A stretch of DNA of 64,000 bases from an uncultured Verrucomicrobiae bacterium. Its GTDB lineage: Bacteria; Verrucomicrobiota; Verrucomicrobiia; Limisphaerales; JAFGQR01. Positions 23,779-34,416 of this stretch are shown here, piece after piece. The notes under the pieces were generated by a model. It did no database searches. It was not told the DNA's origin and was given only the letters and a program-made list of their open reading frames with translations. The stretch lies in NCBI GenBank assembly GCA_963788655.1, contig CAWBHS010000022.1, forward strand, positions 138,463 through 202,462, written 5' to 3'. The number at the start of each line of letters is the position of its first letter. Position 1 is the first letter of the stretch. The translations under genes were made by a program, and so were the position numbers.

Positions 23779-24882
23779 TCACACGTGGAACTTGAACAGC
23801 AGCACATCGCCGTCCTGGACGACATAGTCCTTACCTTCGATGCGGTAGTGGCCTTGTTCCCGGGCGTGGGCAATTGAACCGCCTTCCACCAGATGCCGCC
23901 AGTTCACCGTCTCGGCTTTGATGAAGCCGTGCTCGAAGTCGGTGTGAATTTTGCCGGCGGCCTTGGGCGCCGTATCGCCGGCGGTGATGGTCCAGGCGCG
24001 CGTCTCCGTGTCGTTGAAGGTGAAGAATGTCCGCAACCCGAGCAGTTGGTATGTCCCGCGAATGAGGTTGCTGACGCCGGTTTCGGTGACGCCCAATTCC
24101 TGGAGGTACTCGGCGGCTTCAGCCGGCGCCAGGTCGGCCAGGTCGCTTTCCAATTGGGCACTGAAAACGACCGGGTCGCAACCGTGCTGCGTGCGGGCGT
24201 ATTCCTGCACGGCTTGCACGTGGGCATTGGCGTCGGCCGCCGCCAGTTCATTTTCCGTCACATTCGCCACGAACAGGGTGGGCTTGCTGGTCAACAAAAA
24301 GAAGCCTTGGGCCAGATGCTTTTCCTCCGGCGTGAAGTGGTAGGTAATAACCGGCTTGCCGGCGTTGAGATGCGGTTCCAATTTTCGGAGCAACGCTTCC
24401 TCGGCCAGGGCGGATTTGTCGCCGCGTTTGGCTTCCTTGGCAGTCTTCTCGAGGCGTTTATGTACCGCCTCCAGATCGGCAATGACCAGTTCGGTCATGA
24501 CAATGTCGATGTCGCGCACCGGTTCAACCGAGCCGGTGACGTGGTGAATTTCCGAATCTTCGAAGCACCGTACGACGTGGACCAACGCATCGACTTCGCG
24601 GATGTGGCTCAAAAACTTATTGCCCAAGCCCTCGCCTTGTGACGCGCCTTTGACCAGCCCGGCGATATCGACAAACTCCATGGTGGCCGCAATGGCCTGA
24701 GGCGTTTTCGTGACTTGCTGCAATTCTCCCAACCGAGGATCGGGCACAGTGACGACACCGAGATTGGGTTCAATCGTGCAAAAGGGATAGTTCTCCGTCG
24801 CCGCTTTGTGCGCGCGGATCACGGCATTGAACAGAGTGGACTTCCCCACATTGGGCAATCCCACGATGCCGGCTTTGAGCAT
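23779..24882 (-). CDS. ychF: redox-regulated ATPase YchF
   Basis: [52 protein letters not shown]. Confidence 0.97.
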   Translation of the reverse strand: MLKAGIVGLPNVGKSTLFNAVIRAHKAATENYPFCTIEPNLGVVTVPDPRLGELQQVTKTPQAIAATMEFVDIAGLVKGASQGEGLGNKFLSHIREVDALVHVVRCFEDSEIHHVTGSVEPVRDIDIVMTELVIADLEAVHKRLEKTAKEAKRGDKSALAEEALLRKLEPHLNAGKPVITYHFTPEEKHLAQGFFLLTSKPTLFVANVTENELAAADANAHVQAVQEYARTQHGCDPVVFSAQLESDLADLAPAEAAEYLQELGVTETGVSNLIRGTYQLLGLRTFFTFNDTETRAWTITAGDTAPKAAGKIHTDFEHGFIKAETVNWRHLVEGGSIAHAREQGHYRIEGKDYVVQDGDVLLFKFHV

Positions 24883-25167
24883 GGGTAAGTTTAGCGGCAA
24901 GACCGCCGCCCGCGGCCAGGAAAAAATCCTCAAAGATGGACGATCCTTCGGGGCTGAAACCTGTCGCCGGTTCCGAATGGTGCCACTCAAATCCATTTTG
25001 CATCGGAGACGTGAACGCTTTCAAAAAACGACAGTCGCAAATCAATCAGCCTGTCAAAATCCATTCATTCGTGGGCGATACCACCGTCCGCACCGTGCCT
25101 GCGGCGTGGTTGCAAAATCTTTGTACAACAATGTCTTCCGTATCGGAACCTGACCGTTCCGTGGCTC

Positions 25168-25183
25168 TGGCAAATGCTTTGCT
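25168..25183 (+). promoter_or_regulatory. putative sigma-54 (-24/-12) promoter
   Basis: TGGCAAATGCTTTGCT has canonical GG-N10-GC spacing, 22 nt upstream of ATG 25206. Confidence 0.5.
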
Positions 25184-25205
25184 CTAGCCCGCCACCAGCG
25201 ACAAC

Positions 25206-25634
25206 ATGAAGAAAAGCAAATCAACTAAACCAGTTGGCCCAGCAACCAACCTTAAATCGAAGCCGGCGGTTTCAACCGCCCCGCAAAAAACAAAAACGAC
25301 GGCCGTCAAAGGGCCGGTAACTGCCGTTGCGGCCCAACCGCGGGCAACGACGACCGCCGCCAAGGCAATGACGCCGCCGGCGCGCACCCGGATCGAAGCG
25401 ATCATCGACGTGGGATTCGGCAACCATCTGCACATTCGCGGCCAAGGGCCGGGATTGAATTGGGATCAAGGAACCCCCATGCAATGTGTGGACGGCGTCA
25501 AATGGGTCTGGACCAGCCCCGGGGCCAACCAAGCCATCGCCTTCAAAGTGCTGCTCAACGATCAAGTTTGGGCCCATGGAGACAACGCCATGGCCTCGCC
25601 CGGCCAAACGTTGCAGATCACCCCGGTTTTCTAA
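25206..25634 (+). CDS. small protein: Lys/Thr/Ala-rich N-terminus plus CBM20-like domain
   Basis: DVGFGN.L.IRG.GPGLNW..G.PM....W.W......FK.LLND..W. Confidence 0.7.
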   Translation: MKKSKSTKPVGPATNLKSKPAVSTAPQKTKTTAVKGPVTAVAAQPRATTTAAKAMTPPARTRIEAIIDVGFGNHLHIRGQGPGLNWDQGTPMQCVDGVKWVWTSPGANQAIAFKVLLNDQVWAHGDNAMASPGQTLQITPVF

Positions 25635-26115
25635 TACCGGACCCGCCGCGTTCCGGCCGGCACGTGCCGAACTGTTACTCGGAAATTGTCGAATGCGTAC
25701 CGAAATTCCAGCCGCCACGGGTGGCTGGATGAGCGGGGCGTCCGACGGTTTCCGCGGCTTTCGGGGACGGGGTGCCCGCCTGGACGGGGCCGCGTTCGAA
25801 GGTCAACCACGCGAATCTGTCGCCGCCAAGTGGGCACGGCGATTGTGCCCTCAGTGGGCCGCCGGGCCGCGTTGATCGGTATTCTTCTGTAGAATTCAGT
25901 ATTCAGTTGCATAAGTCACGTGGGGACCGGGCGCTATTGCCGCGGAGGATTTACCCGTCTCGACGCATGCCCGCCCCGTGGACTGATCCCATTCCGGCAC
26001 CGAGAATGTTGGATTCCGGGCTGCGGCTCCGGTCCCCATTCGATACAGAAGAAAAACGGACGCACGATTACCGTAAACGTGCCGGATAACCCTTGGCCGT
26101 ATGTATGCATTGACT

Positions 26116-26262
26116 GTGGCTGCGTTCGTGAGAACGCGGCTGACTTTAAAGGGAGCCACTGCGCCAACGGCAGCACTGGTCACCGGCAAGTGACCGGATT
26201 GCCTTCGCCTGGAGCAGGCGTTTGACCGCGCTGGTCAGCCGCGTTCTCACGAACGCAGCTAC
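26116..26262. repeat. REPIN, family D (GTAGCTGCGTTCGTGAGAACGCGG)
   Basis: 29-bp inverted arms 26116-26144 and 26234-26262, one mismatch. Confidence 0.85.
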
Positions 26263-26303
26263 TCCAACTGAATCGTACGACTTAGCCGGAATGGTGGCGC
26301 GGA

Positions 26304-27743
26304 TTAGAAACTCAGCAGCAACTGCCAGATGTACATGTTGCCGAGGGCTTCAGTGTCCTCCCAGATCTTCTGCACGAGTTTCGGGTCGCCCGTGATCTCC
26401 GGCAACTCTTTGGCTTTCTCTTCCCATGGAAAACATACGCCCGGTCGGATGCGGGTTGCGGGATGGCCGGTGAGCCCCTTGAGCTGTTTCCGGTCGGACT
26501 CGGATGCCGGCACCGCGCACGGTGGCGTGCTGCCCAGGCTCGAACTGCCGGATGAATACACCCCGAACTCGCGCGTGGTTTCCGTCAGCGCGATCAAGTT
26601 CTCGGTGCTGGTGTCATTCTGCATGATGGCGGACGCATCCATGATGTAACCGCCGTCCCGGGCCACTTCTTCCATGACGCGCCGGCAAAACGCGCGGACT
26701 TCCTCCGGTTTGCCGTAGCTGAGCATCGCATTGGGAACGCCGCCGCTGAGGCAGAATTTGTCGCCGATTTTCCGATGCACATCGAACACGTCGTCGCGAT
26801 CCACATGATACACGATGCTGCGTTCGGGCAGTTCGTGAAACCGGTCCAAGTGATAATTCCAATTGCCCTCGGCATAGAACAACGTCTGATGCCCGTGCTT
26901 CCAGAATTCCTCGATGATGGGTTTCAACGTCGGCCAGTAATGCGAATCAAATTGTCGGGGATTGATGAACGGCACGCAGCCGCGGTGCATCCAGAAGCCG
27001 ATGGGCACCTGCCGGTTCGGATCGGCGGTGGTCAGCCCGACGTGACACAGGTGTGGCATCAAGGCTTCGCAAGCGCGCAGCACCTTGTCCGGCTGCGTGT
27101 GCATATCCATCGTCAGGCCAACGTAGCCGCGCAATTTGTCCGCCAGAATGTCGAACGGCGCTTTGAAGATGCCCGCGATGGAGGAAACCGTGCCGCACTC
27201 GGTCTTGAGGCGGTTGATCTGCGGTCCGAACGCGGTGAAATAACTCAGCATGGCCATGGCACTTTTTACCAAGGCCAGGTTGTTGCGGTACGTGGATGGC
27301 TGGCCAATCCGGCTGATTTCGGTCGAAACGCGCGGGAGCCAAACATTGTAAAGGAAGCCGGTGGGATCATCGATCAAGGCATCGTATTCGTCCTCGCGCA
27401 TGAACGCCTGGTCTTCCGGCGGCTCGATGTAATTGAAGCCCACGTCGTGGGGAATCCCAATGCCGGGAATACCGTAATAGCGCAGTCCCGCCGCCTGGGC
27501 CAGACCGGTCCACACATACACCATGTTGGGCACGACGGCGTCCCAGTCGAAGTCTTTGGCGCACTTGATCGCGGCTTCGAAAGCCTTCGTGTAATCGTGG
27601 GCCACTTCCTGGCAGGTATAACCCGCATACTTGGCGGTGAACTCCGCCACAAACGGCCGGATCGGTACGCGGTCCGGCTTTTCATTGCGCATGGCGGTGA
27701 CGTATCGGTTGAGGCGCTCCTGGTAAAGTTGCTCGGTGTTCAT
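26304..27743 (-). CDS. uroporphyrinogen decarboxylase / corrinoid methyltransferase family protein
   Basis: EKPDRVP N-terminus, F...YWPTLK, CLSGGVP..L..G..EEV, GGYIM. Confidence 0.85.
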   Translation of the reverse strand: MNTEQLYQERLNRYVTAMRNEKPDRVPIRPFVAEFTAKYAGYTCQEVAHDYTKAFEAAIKCAKDFDWDAVVPNMVYVWTGLAQAAGLRYYGIPGIGIPHDVGFNYIEPPEDQAFMREDEYDALIDDPTGFLYNVWLPRVSTEISRIGQPSTYRNNLALVKSAMAMLSYFTAFGPQINRLKTECGTVSSIAGIFKAPFDILADKLRGYVGLTMDMHTQPDKVLRACEALMPHLCHVGLTTADPNRQVPIGFWMHRGCVPFINPRQFDSHYWPTLKPIIEEFWKHGHQTLFYAEGNWNYHLDRFHELPERSIVYHVDRDDVFDVHRKIGDKFCLSGGVPNAMLSYGKPEEVRAFCRRVMEEVARDGGYIMDASAIMQNDTSTENLIALTETTREFGVYSSGSSSLGSTPPCAVPASESDRKQLKGLTGHPATRIRPGVCFPWEEKAKELPEITGDPKLVQKIWEDTEALGNMYIWQLLLSF

Positions 27744-27900
27744 AATCGTGCGATGTGCGGAGACTAGAAACCGTCCGCCGCCGAAGCGAGCAGAAAATCG
27801 GTTGTGCGCAGATTCCCGCCGTCAGGCGAACTGGGCAACGTTCCGCCTAATCGGCGAGCTCTGAACCGGAGTTTTCAAACCCGGTCGTAATGCGGCGTCG

Positions 27901-29682
27901 CTATTCCCACCCAATTCGGCGGCCCTGGTTTTGTGTCTGCAACCACGCCATGAGCGGTTGGTAATACTCGACCATGGCCCGGGTGGAGAGTTCTTCGCCG
28001 GTGGCATCCCGCAGGACTTGGCGCCAATCTTCCGTGGCGCCTTTCCGCATAATGCGGCGGAGGAAATCCCCGACCGCTGGGTGGTCCGCGTAGCTGCAAT
28101 GCTGCGGCGGTTGGTGAAGAATTTTGCGGGCGATATGCTCGTGCAGTTGGAACTTCAATACCGTGGCGATGGCGTAGGAATAATAGTAACAGGGATTGTC
28201 GTTGATGTGCGTCTTGGTCGCCGCATCACAATATTCTTCGCCGCGCGGCTCCGGCGGTTCAACGCCTTGAAACTGCCGCACATATTGCCACCAGCGCGCG
28301 TTCCATTGATCGGGCGAAAGCTGATGGGCATACACGTCCGCTTCCCAATGCGTCATGGTGCCGGAAGCCCAAAAAATAAAAGGCACCGTGGTCGTCAGCG
28401 CATTGTTCAACAGGAACGCAATATCGTCGGCCTGGAAGTCGGCCGGCAACACGCCCACCGCCTTGAGATACGGCACCTGCCCGCAGGCCAGCGCCGCCAG
28501 TTCGCCCATGCCTTCGTGAAACGCCGGATTGGCGCCGGTGCGCAACAAGGGCGGCACTTCCGGCCGGCTGTAGCTCAGATCATAGAAAGCGTGCCCCAAC
28601 TCGTGGTGTGCCGTTTCAAACCATTGCCAGTTCGGTTCGACACTCATCAGCGAGCGAATGTCATGCTCCAGGTCAAGGTGCCAGCAGGAGGCGTGCGTGT
28701 TCTTCTTGCGCGCCGATCCTGGCGGCACCGGGTACAGATCAGAGCGTTGCCAAAAACTGGCCGGCAACGGCGCAAAACCCAGGCCGGTCCAGAATTGTTC
28801 CGCCGTTTTCACGATCCATTCCGGGGAACGGCCTTGGAACCGGTCGTCCAGCTTGGCGGCGTCAATGATACCACTCCACTCCTGCGCCCAACGGTTGTTG
28901 AGCCAATGCGCCGGAATCCGGTTGGGCACCGGCTGACCGTAACGGCGGGCCAGTTCGTATTTCACCCAGGTGTGCAGTTGCAGGTAAAGCGGCCGCAGCT
29001 CGCGCATGAAACTGTCCTGCAACCGCACCATCTCCTCGGTGGACATGCCGAACCGCGCCACCTGCAAGGCGAAATAATCCGGATAGCCGAGTTCCTTGGC
29101 GACGCCGTTCCGCAACCCGCGCAACTTCACGAGCCCGGGCTTCAACGCCGGGCCGGATTGTTTGGACGTTTCCCAAACCGACCGGCGCAGGGTGAGGTCG
29201 CGGTTGGTCAACAGCAGATTATCGATCTCATTCGGCGTGATCGGCTGGTCGTTGAGCCGGAAGACAAATGAATTGAGCGTCGAAGATTGTTTCGTTTCCG
29301 CGGCGATGCGAGCCGCCACGAGTTCGGGATTGGTCATCGGACCTTCGGCGGCGTTGAGCAGGGCCTGTTCGAGTTGGCGAACGGTGAGCGGCTTGAGTTC
29401 CGACCGGTGTTGCAGGAGGGTCCTGGCTTCCTGGATCAGCGCGGGATTGCCGGTGAACGCCGCGCGCGCCTTGCCGGCCACTTCCGCCGCGGCATCGTGA
29501 ACCGGCGTGACGTCCGTGGCCGCATCCCATTGCGCCTCGTTCTCGACGCGACTCAATGCCTGGTAGCCCGCGTTGGCCAATTTAAGGAAACTGTCCGCGC
29601 GGTCCTGGAAGGCTTCCGCTCCGCGAACCGGAGTGCCGCCAGCCAGTATCGCTAGTAAGATCGTAGGCACGACTTGTTTCAT
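27901..29682 (-). CDS. peptidase M2 (ACE-like peptidyl-dipeptidase)
   Basis: HASCW, HHELGH zinc motif, GANPAFHEG; signal peptide. Confidence 0.9.
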   Translation of the reverse strand: MKQVVPTILLAILAGGTPVRGAEAFQDRADSFLKLANAGYQALSRVENEAQWDAATDVTPVHDAAAEVAGKARAAFTGNPALIQEARTLLQHRSELKPLTVRQLEQALLNAAEGPMTNPELVAARIAAETKQSSTLNSFVFRLNDQPITPNEIDNLLLTNRDLTLRRSVWETSKQSGPALKPGLVKLRGLRNGVAKELGYPDYFALQVARFGMSTEEMVRLQDSFMRELRPLYLQLHTWVKYELARRYGQPVPNRIPAHWLNNRWAQEWSGIIDAAKLDDRFQGRSPEWIVKTAEQFWTGLGFAPLPASFWQRSDLYPVPPGSARKKNTHASCWHLDLEHDIRSLMSVEPNWQWFETAHHELGHAFYDLSYSRPEVPPLLRTGANPAFHEGMGELAALACGQVPYLKAVGVLPADFQADDIAFLLNNALTTTVPFIFWASGTMTHWEADVYAHQLSPDQWNARWWQYVRQFQGVEPPEPRGEEYCDAATKTHINDNPCYYYSYAIATVLKFQLHEHIARKILHQPPQHCSYADHPAVGDFLRRIMRKGATEDWRQVLRDATGEELSTRAMVEYYQPLMAWLQTQNQGRRIGWE

Positions 29683-29745
29683 GCCGTCGAAATTAACGGT
29701 GGTCGTTTTAAACACCAATCTTAAAGCCAATGGCGTTGGCGGGTT

Positions 29746-32700
29746 TTACGGGTAAACGATTCGCTCGCTTACACAATCCGCATACCCGTTCGGTGCCAAG
29801 TAGTGGCCTTGAATCGAAACCGGCGTGGCGATTACCGAAACCGTCGCGCTGAATTGCCCGTTCTCGTTCACTGTTGCCTCGAAGTATTGTTCGTCTCCCT
29901 CCGTAGCCAGAACGACCAGGACCTTACCCCCGGGCACCGGTTGCGCATTGTTCACCCGAATGATTTGCCCGCTCACCGTGGTCAGCGGATCAAAGGCGAA
30001 CGTGTTGAAGCGGGTGGAGTAGCCGGTCACAATGCGCGCGGAAACGCCTCCCAGGTCGGTGAACTCTTCGTCCGGTTCATCGGCCAGCCGTTTAACAACG
30101 GCATTGATGGACACGTCGTTGGGCAGGGAAATGTAACGCTCCAAACTCGGATCCCATACCGGATCTTCTTCATAGGCATATTCAAACATCACTTGAATGT
30201 TACGGCTTTCGCCCGCTTGCAACTGCACCCAGGTGTGTTCGAGAAAGGTCCGGAACAACGGCGTCGTGCTCTTCGCCACGCGCACTTGCGCGCGGACGGG
30301 TTCGTTGAAAGGGTTTTGAATCTTGATGGAAGTGATCTCGCGGGACGGTGGTGACGCCTTCTCGGAGTTGAAATAGTCGTAATTGGACTGGGCCCGGTTG
30401 TTGTATTCGGTCACCTCGATTTTGGAGTTGGGGCCGGGCGTCTGGTAATGCCGGATGCGCGCTTCAATGCAATAGTGCCCGGTCGCACCTGGCATCCAGA
30501 TCGTGTTGAATTCGACGGTCTGATTGGCGGGCACATCGTGCTGGTCCGAACCAATGCGGACGGGTTGCGTGCCGGAACTGTTCACGGTGTAATCAATCAC
30601 GTAAAAGTCCACCCAGACGCCGGGCGCATTGAGGTCGCCGCGGTTGGTGATTCTGGCAATCAGGGTATTGTGGTGGTTGACCCACGGCACATTCCGCCAT
30701 TTGGGATCGGCCTGGTTTTTGGCGTTTCGCACCTCAATGTCCGGACTTTGGTAAACCGGCGGATTCCACGGTCGAATCGAGGGATCGGGCTGACTATCCA
30801 CACCATAGCGAATGCGAACTTCCGCTTTTGTCCCATCAATCGAGATCACTTCCGCGGAGAAGTCCGTGGGAAAGTTCGGCGTCGAAATGTCCTGTTCGGA
30901 ATAATCCTGCCCCGCTCCGAGAATGGGCCCGTCGCCATCGCTGTCCTTGGCCAATCCCATGACGGGCTTGCGACGCATGCTGTCTTCGAAGTTCTGGGCG
31001 AACGTGACTTCGGTTCCCAAGACGCGATCATTGGTGGGAATCGGCGGATTGCCATACCAGAGGTTTTGGTCGCCGATTTGGGTGGGTTGCGCGGTGCGGT
31101 ATTCAAAATAGTAGTTCCAGTCGGGCGCGATCCGGATTTCGATTCCGGAATAACGACCCGCGGGCGGATTGGCGAGTTCAACCGGGTGCAGGGTCACAAT
31201 CTCATCCACGAACCCGCCGATTGCCTGGAAGTTAAACAGTCGAAGCGCCGACTGGGGCACCCAACCCAAGAGCATTCGATGGACGAGTGCGGGATGGGGC
31301 AACTCACCTTGGCGGGCCATGAGGTCCATGCCCCAGAGTTCGCGGTCCCGAATCTCTTGGGGATGGCCATCCCATTGATAGAGATCACCCAAGCCGAGAT
31401 TGTGTCCCAGTTCATGCGCGAGCGTCGCGCTCAACCAAAGGGGAGCGCCATCGGCCGGCAGATCCACCGTTCCCAACGCAATGTCGCCCTCGGCCACTTT
31501 GGCGACTATGGAGTCCGCGTGCGCCCACACACTGTTGCTCGAAGTGGATTTGATGATGCAAGCCAGCGATTGAAATTGCGAATAATCAATCAGGGAATCC
31601 CCGGCCGCGGCGCACGCATCCCAAAGACTGCTTTTGTACTCGCCATCGTCTTCGAGATAATCGCTCCAGGTCCCGGGCAGGCTGACGGGGCCAAACACCT
31701 GACCGGTGACGCTGAACTTGTCATAAGAGGCTTCGCGATAATAGTGCGCGGTGCTGACCAGCCGCCCATTATGCAACCGGCCGTTAAAGGCCACATCCTC
31801 CCAGAGATTGGTCAAGGTGGAGATTTCGCTTTGACTAAATCGCTGGGAACTGGTGTCCAGCAGCAAAACGGCAACGTGCTGGGTTCCCATCGCCGGAATG
31901 ACGTTGAAGTTTTCCGGGAGCGGTGGGGGAGCCGCCGCCCCAAGTGGCGCCGCGCACGCCGGGGAGCACGAAATCGCCCGCCACCCAGCGCGAGGGGCCG
32001 TCCCGTTCGTTGGGCCACCGGGTGGTAATTGAATATTGGGCTTGTCCCCGGATCAGGCCGGTCGCCTTTTCCACTGCCTGCAATTGATACGTGCCGGGTT
32101 CATATCCTGCCAGCAGCATGATGTCCGGGTGCGCCGGATCGAACTCATCATCGCGGGACAAAGAAACCGTTCCTCCGCGAGCCCCCGCCGGCACCACAAA
32201 TTCCAAATCGTCCAGCGTCAAGCCGCTGCTCGGTGCCATTTGCACGGGTACCTTGACGTAGGAGCCAAGATACAGCGGGGTCTGCGTAAGCCCCACCAAA
32301 GTCACTTCCGATTTGGCAATGAGAACGGTGTACATCCCATTGTTTCCTTCGCCGGTAACATAGTTGCCACCCAACGTAACCACACCAGGAGGAAAGGATT
32401 TGCGGTAGAGACTGTGCGTCGTCGGCCCAATCATCAGATCCAATCCCGAATCCTGGAAATCCGCCAACCAAGCCGGCCGGTTTAGGTAACGATCATCGTA
32501 AACGACATAGACGGTCACTGGTTGCGAGACCTGGAAACTGAGAAACGTGGCCGAGGTGTCGAACTTATCATCATTAGCCGTCACGAGATAGGTGGCCCCT
32601 TGCACCTCGGGCGGGACGTTCGCATACAGAAATTCCCGGTCGCTGTAAGCCGGAATGCCGGTCTGCAAACCGGTGATGACGGGGTAATCACGGCCTGATT

Positions 32701-33409
32701 CCACACTGACACCGGTAACGAGCGGTTGGAGCACGGCCTGGTAAAAGCTGGTTGGCCCGGAAGCATCCAACTCCACGTAATTGGTGTTGTTCAATTGCAC
32801 GACGGGCACATCCATCCGCGCCCAATTCACCAGGTCCGTCGCCGTGTTGAGCACCACATCGGCAAACGAATCCGGCCAACTGAGTTCGAGTCGCCCTTCG
32901 GGCAGGGGACGGAGGCGTATCGCCGGCAACGCTTCCGTGCGAACAAACGTGAGTTGGTCAACCCAGGCCCGATCCAGGTTATGGCTTTGAGAAACATCCT
33001 TGGTATAGCGCCAACGTAGCAAATGCGTTCCGGCTGCGATGGAAAACGACTCCGGGGCCCAATCCATTTCTCCCGAAATTCGCGTCGCCAATTGGCCATC
33101 CAACCAAAACTCCAGAAAGTCAAACGTGGGCTCGGAAGACACTTTCCACCAAAAGCCCACCTCCCCCGGCCCGACCAGCGTGGTTTGAAGCCAGGATTCC
33201 TCGAGGTCACCAACAGCACCGCTCTCGGCGGCATCGCCGTCGAAATGGGTGACCAACGCCTGGCCGAACCAAAGATTACTCCCGCCCGTGGACCAATTCA
33301 GCGCCGGCGCATCGAGCGCGTCACCCAAACTCAGGGCCGCGGCTTGAGGGTTGAGGGCGAAGACGGTACATGACACTACCGCGCCGAATAACGATGCTAT
33401 TGATTTCAT
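29746..33409 (-). CDS. secreted multidomain M6-family metalloprotease, frameshift near 31915
   Basis: Signal peptide at 33409; HELGHNLGLGDLY (HExxHxxGxxD); CARDB-like domain; two ORFs join at PTAP/ENFNVIPAMG. Confidence 0.75.
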
Positions 33410-33554
33410 AAGTAATTTTGACCGCTCAATTCATGGACTCTCCCGGATTCGTTTTCTGCACTTGCCCATTTATCCGAACACATTTTGACCATGGTAAAAA
33501 TGCCTTCCGGACGAAAGCATGGATACCAAGTTTCGCAACGACTCAACACTTCGA

Positions 33555-34416
33555 TCAGCCCGGAGGCTGTCCGAGCGTTTCGGCGGCAATCAGCTCCCAG
33601 TATGCCTGACGAAGCTTGTCCACCAACGGCGATTCGGCCAACGGCACGCCATCCAGACTTACCGCCGTCACCAGACCCAAGGTGCTTAAGGTCAGAAACA
33701 CTCCCATAGCCTTGGGCAAGGATGCGCGGTCAATGTTCGTTTCTTGAAAGGGCACTCCCGAGAGATCGGCAGAGCTCAATCACCGCCGCTCGCGTCACTC
33801 CTGCCAGCAATCCGGCGCCCAGCGGTGGCGTGCAAACCGTTTCCCCTTCCAGCCAAAACAAATTGCTGCTTGCCGCTTCGGTCACGGCACCGTCGGTGTT
33901 GAGCAGCAACGCTTCATCAGCGCCTTGGTCCTCGGCCTCCAGGCGCGCGAGGATTTGGGGCAGTTTGTTGGCGGACTTGACTCTGGCCATGGGATCGTTG
34001 ACCGGAACTCGAAGGGAGGACGTGATCAGCCGCCAACGGGGCGCTGGCGCAGGTCCTGCGGGGGGCGGTTCGTGCAAAGTCATCACCAGGGTCGGCGCGC
34101 TCGCTGACCGGGTCGAGTAACCTCGCGCGCCCACGCCACGAGACAATGTCAGACGCAAGACCGCCTCCGGCATCTGATTTCGCCGAATCAACTCGGCCGC
34201 GTAATGACCCAGCGCGGCGCGCGCGAACGGCATTTGCAGGCGCAACAATTCGGCTCCTTCGTGAAGACGATCAATGTGCTGGTCCCAACGAAACACCTTC
34301 CCTTGGCGGACCAACATCGTTTCGAACAGCCCATCGCCGTACAGAAAGCCTCGGTCCAAAACCGAAACCACCGCCCGGTCTTCCGGCACGAACTGGCCGT
34401 TGAGGAAAACAATCAT
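33555..34416 (-). CDS. pabC: aminotransferase class IV / aminodeoxychorismate lyase, frameshift near 33755
   Basis: DRGFLYGDGLFET, KSAN, E...SNLF, LAGVTR; coupled to pabB; C-terminus in ORF 33555-33779. Confidence 0.75.

Noticed and set aside
25640..26090. Riboswitch or ncRNA in a long intergenic region
   Set aside because: Some hairpins, but no Rfam motif I can recognise, and it lies between convergent genes; needs an Infernal scan
8965..32028. Long antisense ORFs (8965-10137, 26775-27767, 27931-29271, 30448-32028 and others)
   Set aside because: Shadow frames of clearly identifiable genes in GC-rich DNA
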